40,845 bases of DNA from a virus (lineage: Duplodnaviria > Caudoviricetes), in IMG/VR virus record IMGVR_UViG_3300032216_001937, positions 1-40,845 of that record; one strand, given 5' to 3'. A model generated the notes under the pieces. It was not told the origin of the DNA. It made no database searches and worked only from the letters and a program-made list of their open reading frames with translations. The position numbers and the translations under genes are program-made. Positions 6,900 to 16,078 of this stretch are shown here, one piece after another. Position 1 is the stretch's first letter; each line of letters starts with the position of its first letter.

Positions 6900-6923
6900 C
6901 AAACACTAAAAGCCGTGTAATCT
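6896..6923 (+). promoter_or_regulatory. sigma70-type promoter upstream of the packaging/structural operon
   Basis: aatacTTGACA-N16-TAATCT; same AATACTTGA context as the 5046 and 27581 sites. Confidence 0.55.
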
Positions 6924-6924
6924 T

Positions 6925-7125
6925 ATGAGTAATAATCGCCACCATTGTGCACCTAATAGGGTGTGCAATTGCATCCCTACAGATGAAGAACTTTATCACC
7001 TGGGGTTTGAAAAATGGCAAGTTTCTATGATGAGAAAACTTCCTGTTGATTTACAATGGGAAGCACATGATGAATTTATTCGCCGTTTAATGTCAGATGA
7101 CGACACGGACACATTTCGGTTCTAA
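6925..7125 (+). CDS. hypothetical protein
   Basis: 66-aa ORF; start uncertain because the ATG is only 1 nt after the -10 element. Confidence 0.6.
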   Translation: MSNNRHHCAPNRVCNCIPTDEELYHLGFEKWQVSMMRKLPVDLQWEAHDEFIRRLMSDDDTDTFRF

Positions 7126-7133
7126 AAGGAAAC

Positions 7134-7418
7134 ATGCCAATGTCAGATAATTTTGAATCTAATTTTGAAGAAATTGTTCTGGGACTAGGTTCCCTGGTGG
7201 GCGAAAACGAAATTCAAGCCCGTCGCGCTCTTGGCGACGAACGCTATGACAAAACGGTTGCTTTCTTTGAAGACGCAAATTTGCTTTTACTTAAAAAAGA
7301 AGCAGCACACGTAAAACACGTAGAATCTGTTACAAATCTATACAGTTCTATATCTATTTTTATGCTTATTAGCCTAATTATGGGCGTTGCTTGGTCTTTT
7401 TACTTTTGGTTTAGTTAA
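7134..7418 (+). CDS. hypothetical protein with C-terminal TM helix
   Basis: AAAGGA RBS; TAATG overlap with terL. Confidence 0.7.
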   Translation: MPMSDNFESNFEEIVLGLGSLVGENEIQARRALGDERYDKTVAFFEDANLLLLKKEAAHVKHVESVTNLYSSISIFMLISLIMGVAWSFYFWFS

Positions 7419-8947
7419 TGTCTAATTTTGGTAAGTTTATATCTGATTCGGTGGTTCCACCAGAGGTAGATACTTTTGCCATTCTTGGATACACACCAAC
7501 TGCTCGTCAGCAAGCATTCCATGAGGCTTCAAGAGAACGTCTTGATGCAATCCTTTATGGTGGTGCTGCTGGTGGTGGAAAATCCTGTGCATTCGTTATG
7601 GATGCAATCTGGAATGCTGCCAATTTCCCCGGAATGAAAATTGGTTGTTTCCGTCGTACATACAATGAGTTAGAAGAATCATTTCTTGCTGAACTCGCAA
7701 AAAGGCAATATGGTGCCCCCGTTGGTGCTAAGTGGAACTCAACCCAAAAGGTTTTGAAATTCCCCAACGGTTCGATTATCAACTTTTCTTATGCCGAAAA
7801 CCTTCAAGATGCTTCTCGTATCTTGGGTGGTGAATACCAGGCATTCTACATTGACGAAGCCTCGCTTATGATGCCTGCTGTTATTCAGCACATTGAAGAG
7901 CGTCTTCGTTCAGGTAACAAACTCGTTCCCGTCGTCGGACTCCGCCTGGCAACAAACCCAGGTGGAATAGGTCACAAATACCTAAAAGACCGTTTTGTAA
8001 ATCCAACTAAGCGCGGCAAAATTCGCTTCACTGAAAAGATTGAAGGAACAAAACTTTCTAGAACCGTTGCATTTATTCCTGCAAAGGCTACAGATAACCC
8101 TCACATTAACGAAGGTTATGATGCGGTTCTTAACTCAATTCCCGACCCCCAGCGTCGAGCCGCAATGCGTGACGGCGACTGGGATGCAATGGTCGGGCAG
8201 TTCTTTGAACAATGGCAGTACTCAAAACACGTTGTCCGTTCATTCCCTATTCCTAAGGAATGGCCAAGATACGCCGGAGTCGACTATGGATTCCGAGACC
8301 CATTTGCGGTTGTTTGGGTTGCTATTGATAACGATAGCCGAATGTGGGTTTATCGTGAGGTTTGCTCTAGCGGTCACAACGCAGACGAACAAGCACATAT
8401 TATTCTTGAGGCTGAAAAAGCCGCAGGTGAAAAAGAAGTAATTCGAATTGCTGACCCCTCAATGTGGGGAAGCCGTGGAACACCACTTTCTATTGCCGAT
8501 ATTTACGGTCAAGAAGGTTGTGGTCTTATGCCTGCAAATAATGACCGTATTAACGGTTGGTCAAGAGTTCACCAGTACCTAAACGATGGTCCCGCTTGCG
8601 AGATGCACCGTTTAGAAGGTAAAAAACTTTGCCCTATGCTTCATGTTTTTGATGACATGTGCCCTCAATTTATCGAACAAATTCCAGCACTTCCCCGAAG
8701 CGCAGCAAAACCAGATGACTCTGAAACAAGAAATGTTGACGACCACATTGCTGACGCATTAAGATACGTTTGTATGTATGCTGGAGTTCACGCAAGACCT
8801 ATTATCTATGATGATGGTCCAGTATTTAAAACAAGAGTTCCTGATACAATGGTTATCGTAGAGGAACAAGATGCAGAAACACCAGTACTTCAACCAAATT
8901 TTGGAGGGTTGTTCGTTGGCGACCTTGGGCTTAGTCCCTTTAACTAA
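7418..8947 (+). CDS. terL: terminase large subunit
   Basis: Walker A GGAAGGGKS, Walker B FYIDEA, TNPGG coupling motif, RNase H-like GVDYG...DDHIADALRY. Confidence 0.97.
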   Translation: MSNFGKFISDSVVPPEVDTFAILGYTPTARQQAFHEASRERLDAILYGGAAGGGKSCAFVMDAIWNAANFPGMKIGCFRRTYNELEESFLAELAKRQYGAPVGAKWNSTQKVLKFPNGSIINFSYAENLQDASRILGGEYQAFYIDEASLMMPAVIQHIEERLRSGNKLVPVVGLRLATNPGGIGHKYLKDRFVNPTKRGKIRFTEKIEGTKLSRTVAFIPAKATDNPHINEGYDAVLNSIPDPQRRAAMRDGDWDAMVGQFFEQWQYSKHVVRSFPIPKEWPRYAGVDYGFRDPFAVVWVAIDNDSRMWVYREVCSSGHNADEQAHIILEAEKAAGEKEVIRIADPSMWGSRGTPLSIADIYGQEGCGLMPANNDRINGWSRVHQYLNDGPACEMHRLEGKKLCPMLHVFDDMCPQFIEQIPALPRSAAKPDDSETRNVDDHIADALRYVCMYAGVHARPIIYDDGPVFKTRVPDTMVIVEEQDAETPVLQPNFGGLFVGDLGLSPFN

Positions 8948-8962
8948 AGAAAGATAACCGAG

Positions 8963-10495
8963 ATGGCTATATCATCTTTTAGAAAAGGGCTCGAAGAAGC
9001 GTCATCGAACTACGAGGAAATCCTTGAGGCACGTCCCAAGAGTTCTCCCAAGCGAGCAGGTTATGCAACCGGTGTTCCCATCGGTGGCGCAACTGAAATT
9101 AATCCAGGCTCAAACGTTACCGCCGGTACTCTTGACCGACCAACGTTCATGCAACAATTGTTGCAAGCATACCTGGCCTGCCCTTGGTCCTCTGCTTCAA
9201 TTGACACAATTGCCCGAACAGCAACCGCTGGTGGGCTTGAGGTAAATTATGCAGGTGGCGTAACTGGAGAAAAGAAAACTCCAGAGGCACCTGAAGAAGT
9301 AAAAAAGGTTCAACAACTTCTTAAGTACATCAACCCGCACGATGACGTTCGTCAATTAATGCGTGCAATTATTACAGACCTTCTTATCTTTGGTGACTCT
9401 TTCACTGAAGTCGTATGGGTTATGGGGGAGCCAATTGCTCTGTACCCACTTGACCCAACAACAATGACCGTCCTTTCAGACGAGCATGGTGTTATCAAGG
9501 GATACCACCAAAAGACACCAACTAACCGTGAAGCACACTTCAGACCAAATGAAGTTATCCACGTTAAGTTTGACTCACCTGGTGACACCCTTTACGGTGT
9601 TTCACCAACGCAGAAAAACATTCTGCCTATCACTTCTTGGCTGTTTACCGCTGCTCTCATCAAAGAAACGATGAAGCGCGGTGACCCACTGCGTGCTCAC
9701 GTTGACTGGCCACTTGCTCTTCCGGAATCGGAAATGAAGCGCCTTCAACAACAGTACGCAATTCGAAACCTTGGCGCACGCAATATCGGTAACCTCTTTG
9801 AAACAAAGGGTGGTGCCATTGTGCATGAAATGGGAACTAACCAGATTAATAACTGGCTTAACACCCTTCAACAGCGCCGCGACGAAATCTTGTCTGGGTA
9901 TGGTGTACCACCTTCAAAGGTTGGTGTCATCGAAGCCGGAAACCTTGGAGGAGGAACCGGCACCCAGCAAGACAAAACTTTCCGCGTCAATACCGTTGGA
10001 CCAATCCAGGAACTTATTCTTGAAAAGTTCTCATTTGCCCTTCTTTATCAGGCATATGGAATAGGTGATTGGATTCTCAAGTTTGGCGTAGTGGACTGGC
10101 GAGACGACGAAGTTATTGAAATGATTCGTGACCAACGTATTCGCAATGGTTCATGGACACTCAACAAGGCACGCGCCGACATTGGAGAACCAGCCGTTGA
10201 GGGTGGAGATGACGCAATTCTTGTTGACCGTCAGAACATGGTTCTATGGTCAGACCTTAATGCGCTTTCTAAGGCAAACCTTGCCTCAGTACAAGCAACA
10301 ACAATTGGTGTGGATGCGCAAACAAAAAACGCACCAGTTCCACCAAATACATCGCCTAACCCTAATGTTACTAAGTCTTCAAAAACCGTTCGCACTAAGC
10401 CTACAAAAAAGACTACAGCAATTCCAACAATGGGAATACCAGAAGCACCAAAGGGAACCGAATCTGTATCGGAGTCTTTAGAAGATGAGCAATAA
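8963..10495 (+). CDS. portal protein (HK97-like)
   Basis: Follows terL; DLLIFGD, LYPLDP, EVIH, YGVSP, I...YGVPP..VG, TLN.AR motifs. Confidence 0.95.
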   Translation: MAISSFRKGLEEASSNYEEILEARPKSSPKRAGYATGVPIGGATEINPGSNVTAGTLDRPTFMQQLLQAYLACPWSSASIDTIARTATAGGLEVNYAGGVTGEKKTPEAPEEVKKVQQLLKYINPHDDVRQLMRAIITDLLIFGDSFTEVVWVMGEPIALYPLDPTTMTVLSDEHGVIKGYHQKTPTNREAHFRPNEVIHVKFDSPGDTLYGVSPTQKNILPITSWLFTAALIKETMKRGDPLRAHVDWPLALPESEMKRLQQQYAIRNLGARNIGNLFETKGGAIVHEMGTNQINNWLNTLQQRRDEILSGYGVPPSKVGVIEAGNLGGGTGTQQDKTFRVNTVGPIQELILEKFSFALLYQAYGIGDWILKFGVVDWRDDEVIEMIRDQRIRNGSWTLNKARADIGEPAVEGGDDAILVDRQNMVLWSDLNALSKANLASVQATTIGVDAQTKNAPVPPNTSPNPNVTKSSKTVRTKPTKKTTAIPTMGIPEAPKGTESVSESLEDEQ

Positions 10496-10643
10496 TGAAC
10501 CAAACGCTTACAGTGAAGGTGGCATTATTGATGCAGATACCCTTCCCCAGGCAGACCAAACAAAGCCAATCTTTAAATTTATTTCTTACAAGGGAATGAC
10601 CGCAGCAAAAGCGGCTCCTCTGGTTAGTAAAGAAGTTGGCTAA
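10485..10643 (+). CDS. 52-aa hypothetical protein
   Basis: Manual translation MSNNEPNAYSEGGIIDADTLPQADQTKPIFKFISYKGMTAAKAAPLVSKEVG; GGAG upstream; TAATG overlap with the next gene. Confidence 0.6.
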   Translation: MSNNEPNAYSEGGIIDADTLPQADQTKPIFKFISYKGMTAAKAAPLVSKEVG

Positions 10644-11125
10644 TGGCTAACTATTTGGGTCGTGCGGGTGCTTATGCGCTGCACAAAAAATACCCTTCTG
10701 GTCAGCAATCATCAGCACAGTTGGCCGCTGAAAGAGCCAACCTTCAAAGAGCCCGTATGGCCAAAGGCCAGTTTCGACACACTACGGCCGCTTTGTACAG
10801 AGGACTTCGTAAGTCTTCGCTAAAAAGTCGTGAATCTGCAGCATCGGTTCGCTTGTTTAACATGCGTGATATTGCACCATCAAGAGCCCGTGCTCTTGGT
10901 GTTCGTTACATGAGGTACAAGGCTAGAGCAACACCGCCAAAGCCAACTATTCGTGGTATTCCTAAAAGATTTGTTGCCCACGTTGGTCCCGGACATTACA
11001 TGGGAAGAACACGGTGGGGTTCTGCAAGAACTCACAGATTTAGAGCGCGTTTGTTTAAGCGTTCACGTCGTGCCAGACAGGTTAAGCGATGGAAAAATCG
11101 TGGTCACCGTTACACCCCAAGATAA
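10643..11125 (+). CDS. extremely basic Arg-rich protein in the head module
   Basis: About 31 Arg + 11 Lys versus 3 acidic residues in 160 aa; translationally coupled and fills the portal-protease gap. Confidence 0.75.
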   Translation: MANYLGRAGAYALHKKYPSGQQSSAQLAAERANLQRARMAKGQFRHTTAALYRGLRKSSLKSRESAASVRLFNMRDIAPSRARALGVRYMRYKARATPPKPTIRGIPKRFVAHVGPGHYMGRTRWGSARTHRFRARLFKRSRRARQVKRWKNRGHRYTPR

Positions 11126-11133
11126 ATTAAACT

Positions 11134-13398
11134 ATGACAGACAGTTTTTCACCACCACAACAAGTTAGAGCAAATGCTGCACGTTCACTAGAACTGCGCA
11201 GAGAACACAATCGCGGCATGACTGCTGTAGGCGTTGCACGTGCGCGAGACCTTTCTAACGGTAAAAACATATCTGCCGACACCATTAAAAGAATGCACTC
11301 ATATTTTGCTCGTCACGAAGTTGACAAAAAGGGCAAAGATTGGGCAAACAAATCAAACCCCTCTGCTGGTTATATTGCGTGGCTTGGGTGGGGTGGAGAT
11401 GCTGGTCGTTCTTGGGTTAATGGAATCATTAAAAAACTAGACGCAAAAGAATCTCAGGAGACAACAATGGCCTCAACTAAGGCTGCCACTATTCGTGGTA
11501 TTTTTCTCAAACCAGGTCTTTCCAAAAACCGTCGTCTTTACACACGCGGTAACATTGCAAAGGCCGTAGAGCGCATGCAAGGCCAGATTCAATCTGGTGA
11601 AGGAATGCCATTAAACATGGCTACCAGTCACGCAGCGGCTTTTCAAGACGACGCAACTTCAACAGTTGGTCGTATTACAAACGTACGACTTCTTGCCGAT
11701 GGCTCTGCCATGTTTGAAGCAGAAATTGCAAATACCGCTCACGGGCGTGACGTTGCAAACCTTGCCGCAGGAAAGTTTATTAAGGGCGTTTCTATTCGTG
11801 GTGAATGGCGTGGCAATCCAGAAACGGTTGTACACACTGATGGTCAAGAAGCAACAACTGCTGACGACCTTGCAATTCACGGTATTGACTTCACTAACAG
11901 CCCTGGCGTTGAAGGTGCAGAAATTCAATATGCTGCTCTTGCAGAATCACACAACAAACTTGCAATTTTTGAATCAGTAGAAACTGTAGAAGTTGTTTCA
12001 CGCGATGAGGAAATGGTTGCCTACGAAGCCGCTGATGTAATTCGCGATGCTGTAGAAACAGCCGTTGAAGATGCAGTTAACTCAATCTTTGAAAAAGACG
12101 CATCTAAGCCTTACGGCAATGTTACCTACGCTGACCCTGGTTACCAAAAAGACAAGAAAAAGCGCTACCCAATTGAAACCGCCGCACACGTTCGTGCTGC
12201 GTGGTCATACATTAATGAAAGTGACAGTGCTAGTTTGTACACAACTGCTCAACTTTCTCGAGTTAAATCTCGCATTAAGTCAGCAGCAAAAAAGTTCGGT
12301 ATTAACATTGTTAGCGAGCAAGAACAACTTGCTAATGACTTTCAAGAAATTTTAGAGGCTTATGCTTCTATTTCGCTTGTTAATGACTACGACACAATTA
12401 ATGTTGTTGGTCAAACAAACGACCCTCACAAACTAAGGATTGTTGCCAATCGTATTGCTTTTGGTGCCATTGCTGCCATGCACGCAATTGACCCAGATGA
12501 CGACGGCGACATTTACCTATCTAAGCCTGACTGGTCACAGGTAGATGCAACCGGCGATGCTGGTGGCATGGGACCAGAGGATGAAGAAATGACAAACGAC
12601 AACAACATGGAATGCCACGAATGCGGTGCTACCGCTATGGAAGATGCAATTCATTGTCACATGTGTGGAGCGCTTTTGCCAACGTCAATGACGGCAAATG
12701 CGCTCGGCTGTAGCAATTGTGGAGAAACAACTCCACAAGACGCTATGTATTGCCCCACTTGTGGGGACCCCGTACCACAGGCAGAGTCAAGCGACAATGC
12801 CCCAACTGAAGAAAAGGAGACAGAAGTGTCCGACGAAAACACAACTGAAGAAACTCCGGCTGAAGAGGCAACGCTTGAAACCGCTGCTATCCGTACGCTG
12901 AGTGACGCAGACCTATCTGCCCTTGCAGCAATGATTATTTCTGCACAGGCACCTAAGGAATCTGATGAAACAGTTGCAGACACTGAAGTAGCACCAGAAG
13001 CAGAGGCTGAAGCCCCTGCCGAAGAAGTTGCTGCTGAAGAAGTTGCTACTGAAGAATCAACTATTGAAACACAGGAGAACATTGTGTCAGAAAACCTATT
13101 TACAGCCGACCAAGTTGCTGCAATGATTGCGGAGGCCGCCACTAAGGCTGCTACCGAAGCCGTTGCTGCTGCAAAGAAGAATGCTGTCGAGTCTTACCGT
13201 GGTGGAAACACCTTCCGTAAGGGACTCGTCAACACTTCTACCGGAAACGACGCCTCTGACTTGTCAGAGTCGGAGGAACTGGACCCACGCGCGCTTGCAG
13301 AGATGAACTCTTCTGCATTCCGTAAAGTACAGAATGAAGTATGGGGTTCAACTCCATTCTTCGCAAACAAGTTTGCTCAAGCCGACCGCGGCTTCTAA
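11134..13398 (+). CDS. multidomain capsid maturation protease/scaffold
   Basis: N-terminal helical phage domain (AW.GWGGD.G..W); protease-like IRGIFL..G.SKNRRLY...SH...GVSIRG...IDF...PG; DUF6582-like YADPG...RYPI...VRAAWSYI; double zinc ribbon (4 CxxC); acidic scaffold tail; lies before the MCP. Confidence 0.85.
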   Translation: MTDSFSPPQQVRANAARSLELRREHNRGMTAVGVARARDLSNGKNISADTIKRMHSYFARHEVDKKGKDWANKSNPSAGYIAWLGWGGDAGRSWVNGIIKKLDAKESQETTMASTKAATIRGIFLKPGLSKNRRLYTRGNIAKAVERMQGQIQSGEGMPLNMATSHAAAFQDDATSTVGRITNVRLLADGSAMFEAEIANTAHGRDVANLAAGKFIKGVSIRGEWRGNPETVVHTDGQEATTADDLAIHGIDFTNSPGVEGAEIQYAALAESHNKLAIFESVETVEVVSRDEEMVAYEAADVIRDAVETAVEDAVNSIFEKDASKPYGNVTYADPGYQKDKKKRYPIETAAHVRAAWSYINESDSASLYTTAQLSRVKSRIKSAAKKFGINIVSEQEQLANDFQEILEAYASISLVNDYDTINVVGQTNDPHKLRIVANRIAFGAIAAMHAIDPDDDGDIYLSKPDWSQVDATGDAGGMGPEDEEMTNDNNMECHECGATAMEDAIHCHMCGALLPTSMTANALGCSNCGETTPQDAMYCPTCGDPVPQAESSDNAPTEEKETEVSDENTTEETPAEEATLETAAIRTLSDADLSALAAMIISAQAPKESDETVADTEVAPEAEAEAPAEEVAAEEVATEESTIETQENIVSENLFTADQVAAMIAEAATKAATEAVAAAKKNAVESYRGGNTFRKGLVNTSTGNDASDLSESEELDPRALAEMNSSAFRKVQNEVWGSTPFFANKFAQADRGF

Positions 13399-13445
13399 GC
13401 AATTAAAAATAAACCCCTATCCAATATATATAAGGAGAATTAGCA

Positions 13446-14975
13446 ATGGCTAACGATTTGGAAGAGGCCTTAACTGCTGCTGGTGCTGCTGCACTAGTTC
13501 AGAAGCAGATTGACCCAGTATTGCTTGAGTACCAGCGCCGCTATGCGCCACTAGTACGCTCGCTACCTACGGTCAAGTGGGGCTCAACAGTTTACTACTT
13601 CAACAAGCGTACAACGCTTCCTCAGGGCGGATTCGTCACTGACGGCGGTGCACGTCCCGTTTCAACATCTAACTACGCACAAGAGAATTTCCAAATTCGC
13701 TTGCTACAAAGTGTCGGTGCTGTAACTGGTTACTCACAGGCTGTAACAGCAGACTTGATTGGCGACCTTCGTGCTCGCGAAATCGAGGGTGCTGCTCGTG
13801 GTCTTTACTGGGACATTGAGAACTCGCTAATTTGGGGTGCAGAAGCACCTACAATTAACGGTCCTTACCCACAATTCGATGGACTTGACGTAATTTGCTC
13901 GTCATTCTCATCTGCATCAACTGGTGGCCCTTCACAGGGTATCGGTGGCGGTGCAATTGACAACTACGGTGGTGCTTCAACATGGGGCGCTCCAGGATTC
14001 AACCCTTGGGTTGATGGTGTTGACCAAAATGCAATCGACTTCGGTGGAAACTCACTAACACTTGGTGGACTTGACCTCCTCATTGACCTTGTTGAAAGCA
14101 ATGTCGCTGAGCCAGTTGAGAACTCAGAGTGGATGTTCCTCATGTCACCTAACGCAAACAGTCGTCTTGCCCAGTTGCTTGTTAACCAACAACGCTTCAT
14201 GGACCAAGTTGAAATTGCTGCTGGTTTGATTGTACCTACATACCGTGGTGTGCCAATTGTCAAGACTTCATTCTTGTCACCACGCACAAACGTAATGTCA
14301 ACTGTATCTGGTGCTGCAACAGGAACAGGAACCCTTACAGGTTCTTACACCTACGCAGTTGCTCCTGTAATTGCTCGCTATGGAGAAATCCAGGCTGCAA
14401 AGACAGCAACACTTTCACCTTCAGGAACCGCTTGCGCACTTACGTTCAGCACACCTGTTGGACCAGAAGGTGCACAGCCAACTCACTACAAGGTATACCG
14501 CGCTTCAGTGGCAACACCTGCAAACACAGCATTCAGCCTCCTAGGTATCGTAGACGCTAACTTCCTTGACAACACTGGTGCTGCTTACGCAACTACCAAG
14601 ATTATTGACAACGGAACAACCCTTATTTGCATGAACGGAAGCAACGTACAGGCATCGCCAACCGCTACTTACTCGTACGGAAACGCAAACCTACACCCGC
14701 TAACTTCTGCTGGTGAGCAAAGCATCTTCCTAATGTCTCGTGACCCTAACTACATTGTACGTCCACACGTACGTGAAATGCAAGCGGTTAACGTTTACCC
14801 AACTACTGCATCGCCTGACAGCCTGCCATTCGCATTCGTTGCGGACACCACGCTTGCTGTTCGTGCGCCTAAGTACATTGGTCGTCTTGCCAACGTTGCA
14901 AGTGCTTTGGACAGTAAGGCTGGTAATGGTTCAACACCTACCTCGTCTTTCTCTCCTAACTTCATCGTTGACTAA
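13446..14975 (+). CDS. major capsid protein with inserted beta-sandwich domain
   Basis: Position after scaffold, strong TAAGGAG RBS, biased codon usage, HK97-fold-type motifs (E..LIWG...QFDGL, TYRGVPI). Confidence 0.9.
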   Translation: MANDLEEALTAAGAAALVQKQIDPVLLEYQRRYAPLVRSLPTVKWGSTVYYFNKRTTLPQGGFVTDGGARPVSTSNYAQENFQIRLLQSVGAVTGYSQAVTADLIGDLRAREIEGAARGLYWDIENSLIWGAEAPTINGPYPQFDGLDVICSSFSSASTGGPSQGIGGGAIDNYGGASTWGAPGFNPWVDGVDQNAIDFGGNSLTLGGLDLLIDLVESNVAEPVENSEWMFLMSPNANSRLAQLLVNQQRFMDQVEIAAGLIVPTYRGVPIVKTSFLSPRTNVMSTVSGAATGTGTLTGSYTYAVAPVIARYGEIQAAKTATLSPSGTACALTFSTPVGPEGAQPTHYKVYRASVATPANTAFSLLGIVDANFLDNTGAAYATTKIIDNGTTLICMNGSNVQASPTATYSYGNANLHPLTSAGEQSIFLMSRDPNYIVRPHVREMQAVNVYPTTASPDSLPFAFVADTTLAVRAPKYIGRLANVASALDSKAGNGSTPTSSFSPNFIVD

Positions 14976-14989
14976 TTAGGAAAACTGAT

Positions 14990-15049
14990 TTCAGTGTGGC
15001 GGGTAGGTTCCCTCGTTCCTCCCCTGCCCGCCGCACTGGATTTCTCTTT
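14990..15049 (+). terminator. long GC hairpin with imperfect U-tract after the MCP gene
   Basis: CAGTGTGGCGGGTAGG/CCTGCCCGCCGCACTG 16-bp stem, 15-nt loop, then TTTCTCTTT. Confidence 0.7.
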
Positions 15050-15062
15050 GAAAGGATTTACC

Positions 15063-15380
15063 ATGGTATTACTAGCAGCAAATGAACCAGGCGGCACAGA
15101 AGGCTTCTCTTGGGAGAAGACCGGTGACGCTGGAGCCATTGAGGTTCCACCACGCGTGGCTCACGCACTTCTTTCAATCCCTGGTGAACTTTACTACGTT
15201 GTACAAAAAGAAGTAAAAAAAATTGAAAAAGAAATAGAAGCGGAAGTTTCTAAGGTTGAAAAGGTCGTTAAAAAGACCACTCTTAAGGAATTCAAGGAAC
15301 AAAAGGAAGCATCAGTTTCCGAAGATGTATCCGAAGCACTAGACGTTGCTTCACCAACTAAGCGCAAATCCAAGGAGTAG
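15063..15380 (+). CDS. hypothetical head-associated protein
   Basis: ATG 15063 after AAAGGA (ORF-track start 14994 lies in the hairpin); Lys/Glu-rich C-terminus. Confidence 0.75.
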   Translation: MVLLAANEPGGTEGFSWEKTGDAGAIEVPPRVAHALLSIPGELYYVVQKEVKKIEKEIEAEVSKVEKVVKKTTLKEFKEQKEASVSEDVSEALDVASPTKRKSKE

Positions 15381-15386
15381 GTAATT

Positions 15387-16076
15387 ATGGCAAAAAACAA
15401 CGGTTCACAATACAAGGACCCTGTTTCACTTGCCAGCGTTGCTGACCTTTCGAAGCGCTACCCTGAGTTAGTCGTTGACATTGAACCAACTACCCTTGCG
15501 GATATTTTGGTTGAAGCAACTTCTCACTTAGAGGACCGCACAGGTCGTCGCTTGGCACCATTTCAAAATCACTTGTTCCAAGAACGACTATTCGGTATTG
15601 ACCCATCTGAGTATGGGAACAATGCAGACATGCCTATGGACATTTATGGTTCATTGGGCCTATCTCAAGCCATTGCATTGGGTGCGTCGACTCTTGTACG
15701 TCACTTTTGGCTTGACCACTTCGCTCCGGTATATCCGGAACTATGGACATATGAAATTACGTCCATGAACATTATTCGCACCTATGGTGACTATCAGCCC
15801 ATTGACTTCGCTCACGGCGGAATAATCGGGCCATCTATTACGGATGGTCACTGTTGGATACGCCTAGGAACATTTGCCCCTGAAGGCTCAAGAGTTAATG
15901 TTGTTTACAATGGTGGATATACCAAAGGTATTCCTCCATCACTTCGTCGTGCTTGCCTATTCCAGGCCGCAAAGTTTATCATCCTTGAGTTTGAACCTCA
16001 GACTCGCCGTGAGATGAACCTTGACCAAATTGACCAGCAAATTGACCTTTTGATTGCCCCCTGGGTACGAGGCTAA
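15387..16076 (+). CDS. head-to-tail adaptor
   Basis: A...LE..TGR and V.Y.GGY...IP..LR.A motifs; position after the MCP. Confidence 0.8.
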   Translation: MAKNNGSQYKDPVSLASVADLSKRYPELVVDIEPTTLADILVEATSHLEDRTGRRLAPFQNHLFQERLFGIDPSEYGNNADMPMDIYGSLGLSQAIALGASTLVRHFWLDHFAPVYPELWTYEITSMNIIRTYGDYQPIDFAHGGIIGPSITDGHCWIRLGTFAPEGSRVNVVYNGGYTKGIPPSLRRACLFQAAKFIILEFEPQTRREMNLDQIDQQIDLLIAPWVRG

Positions 16077-16078
16077 TA

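Noticed and set aside
7418-8947. Intron or intein in terL
   Set aside because: Continuous ORF of normal length with no splicing motifs seen.
12657-13142. 161-aa antisense Ser/Ala-rich ORF and similar antisense ORFs in structural genes
   Set aside because: Mirror of biased codons (GAA/GCT) on the coding strand; no independent signals.
14994-15062. Extended N-terminus of the post-MCP gene
   Set aside because: Lies in the terminator hairpin; the SD and ATG at 15063 fit better.
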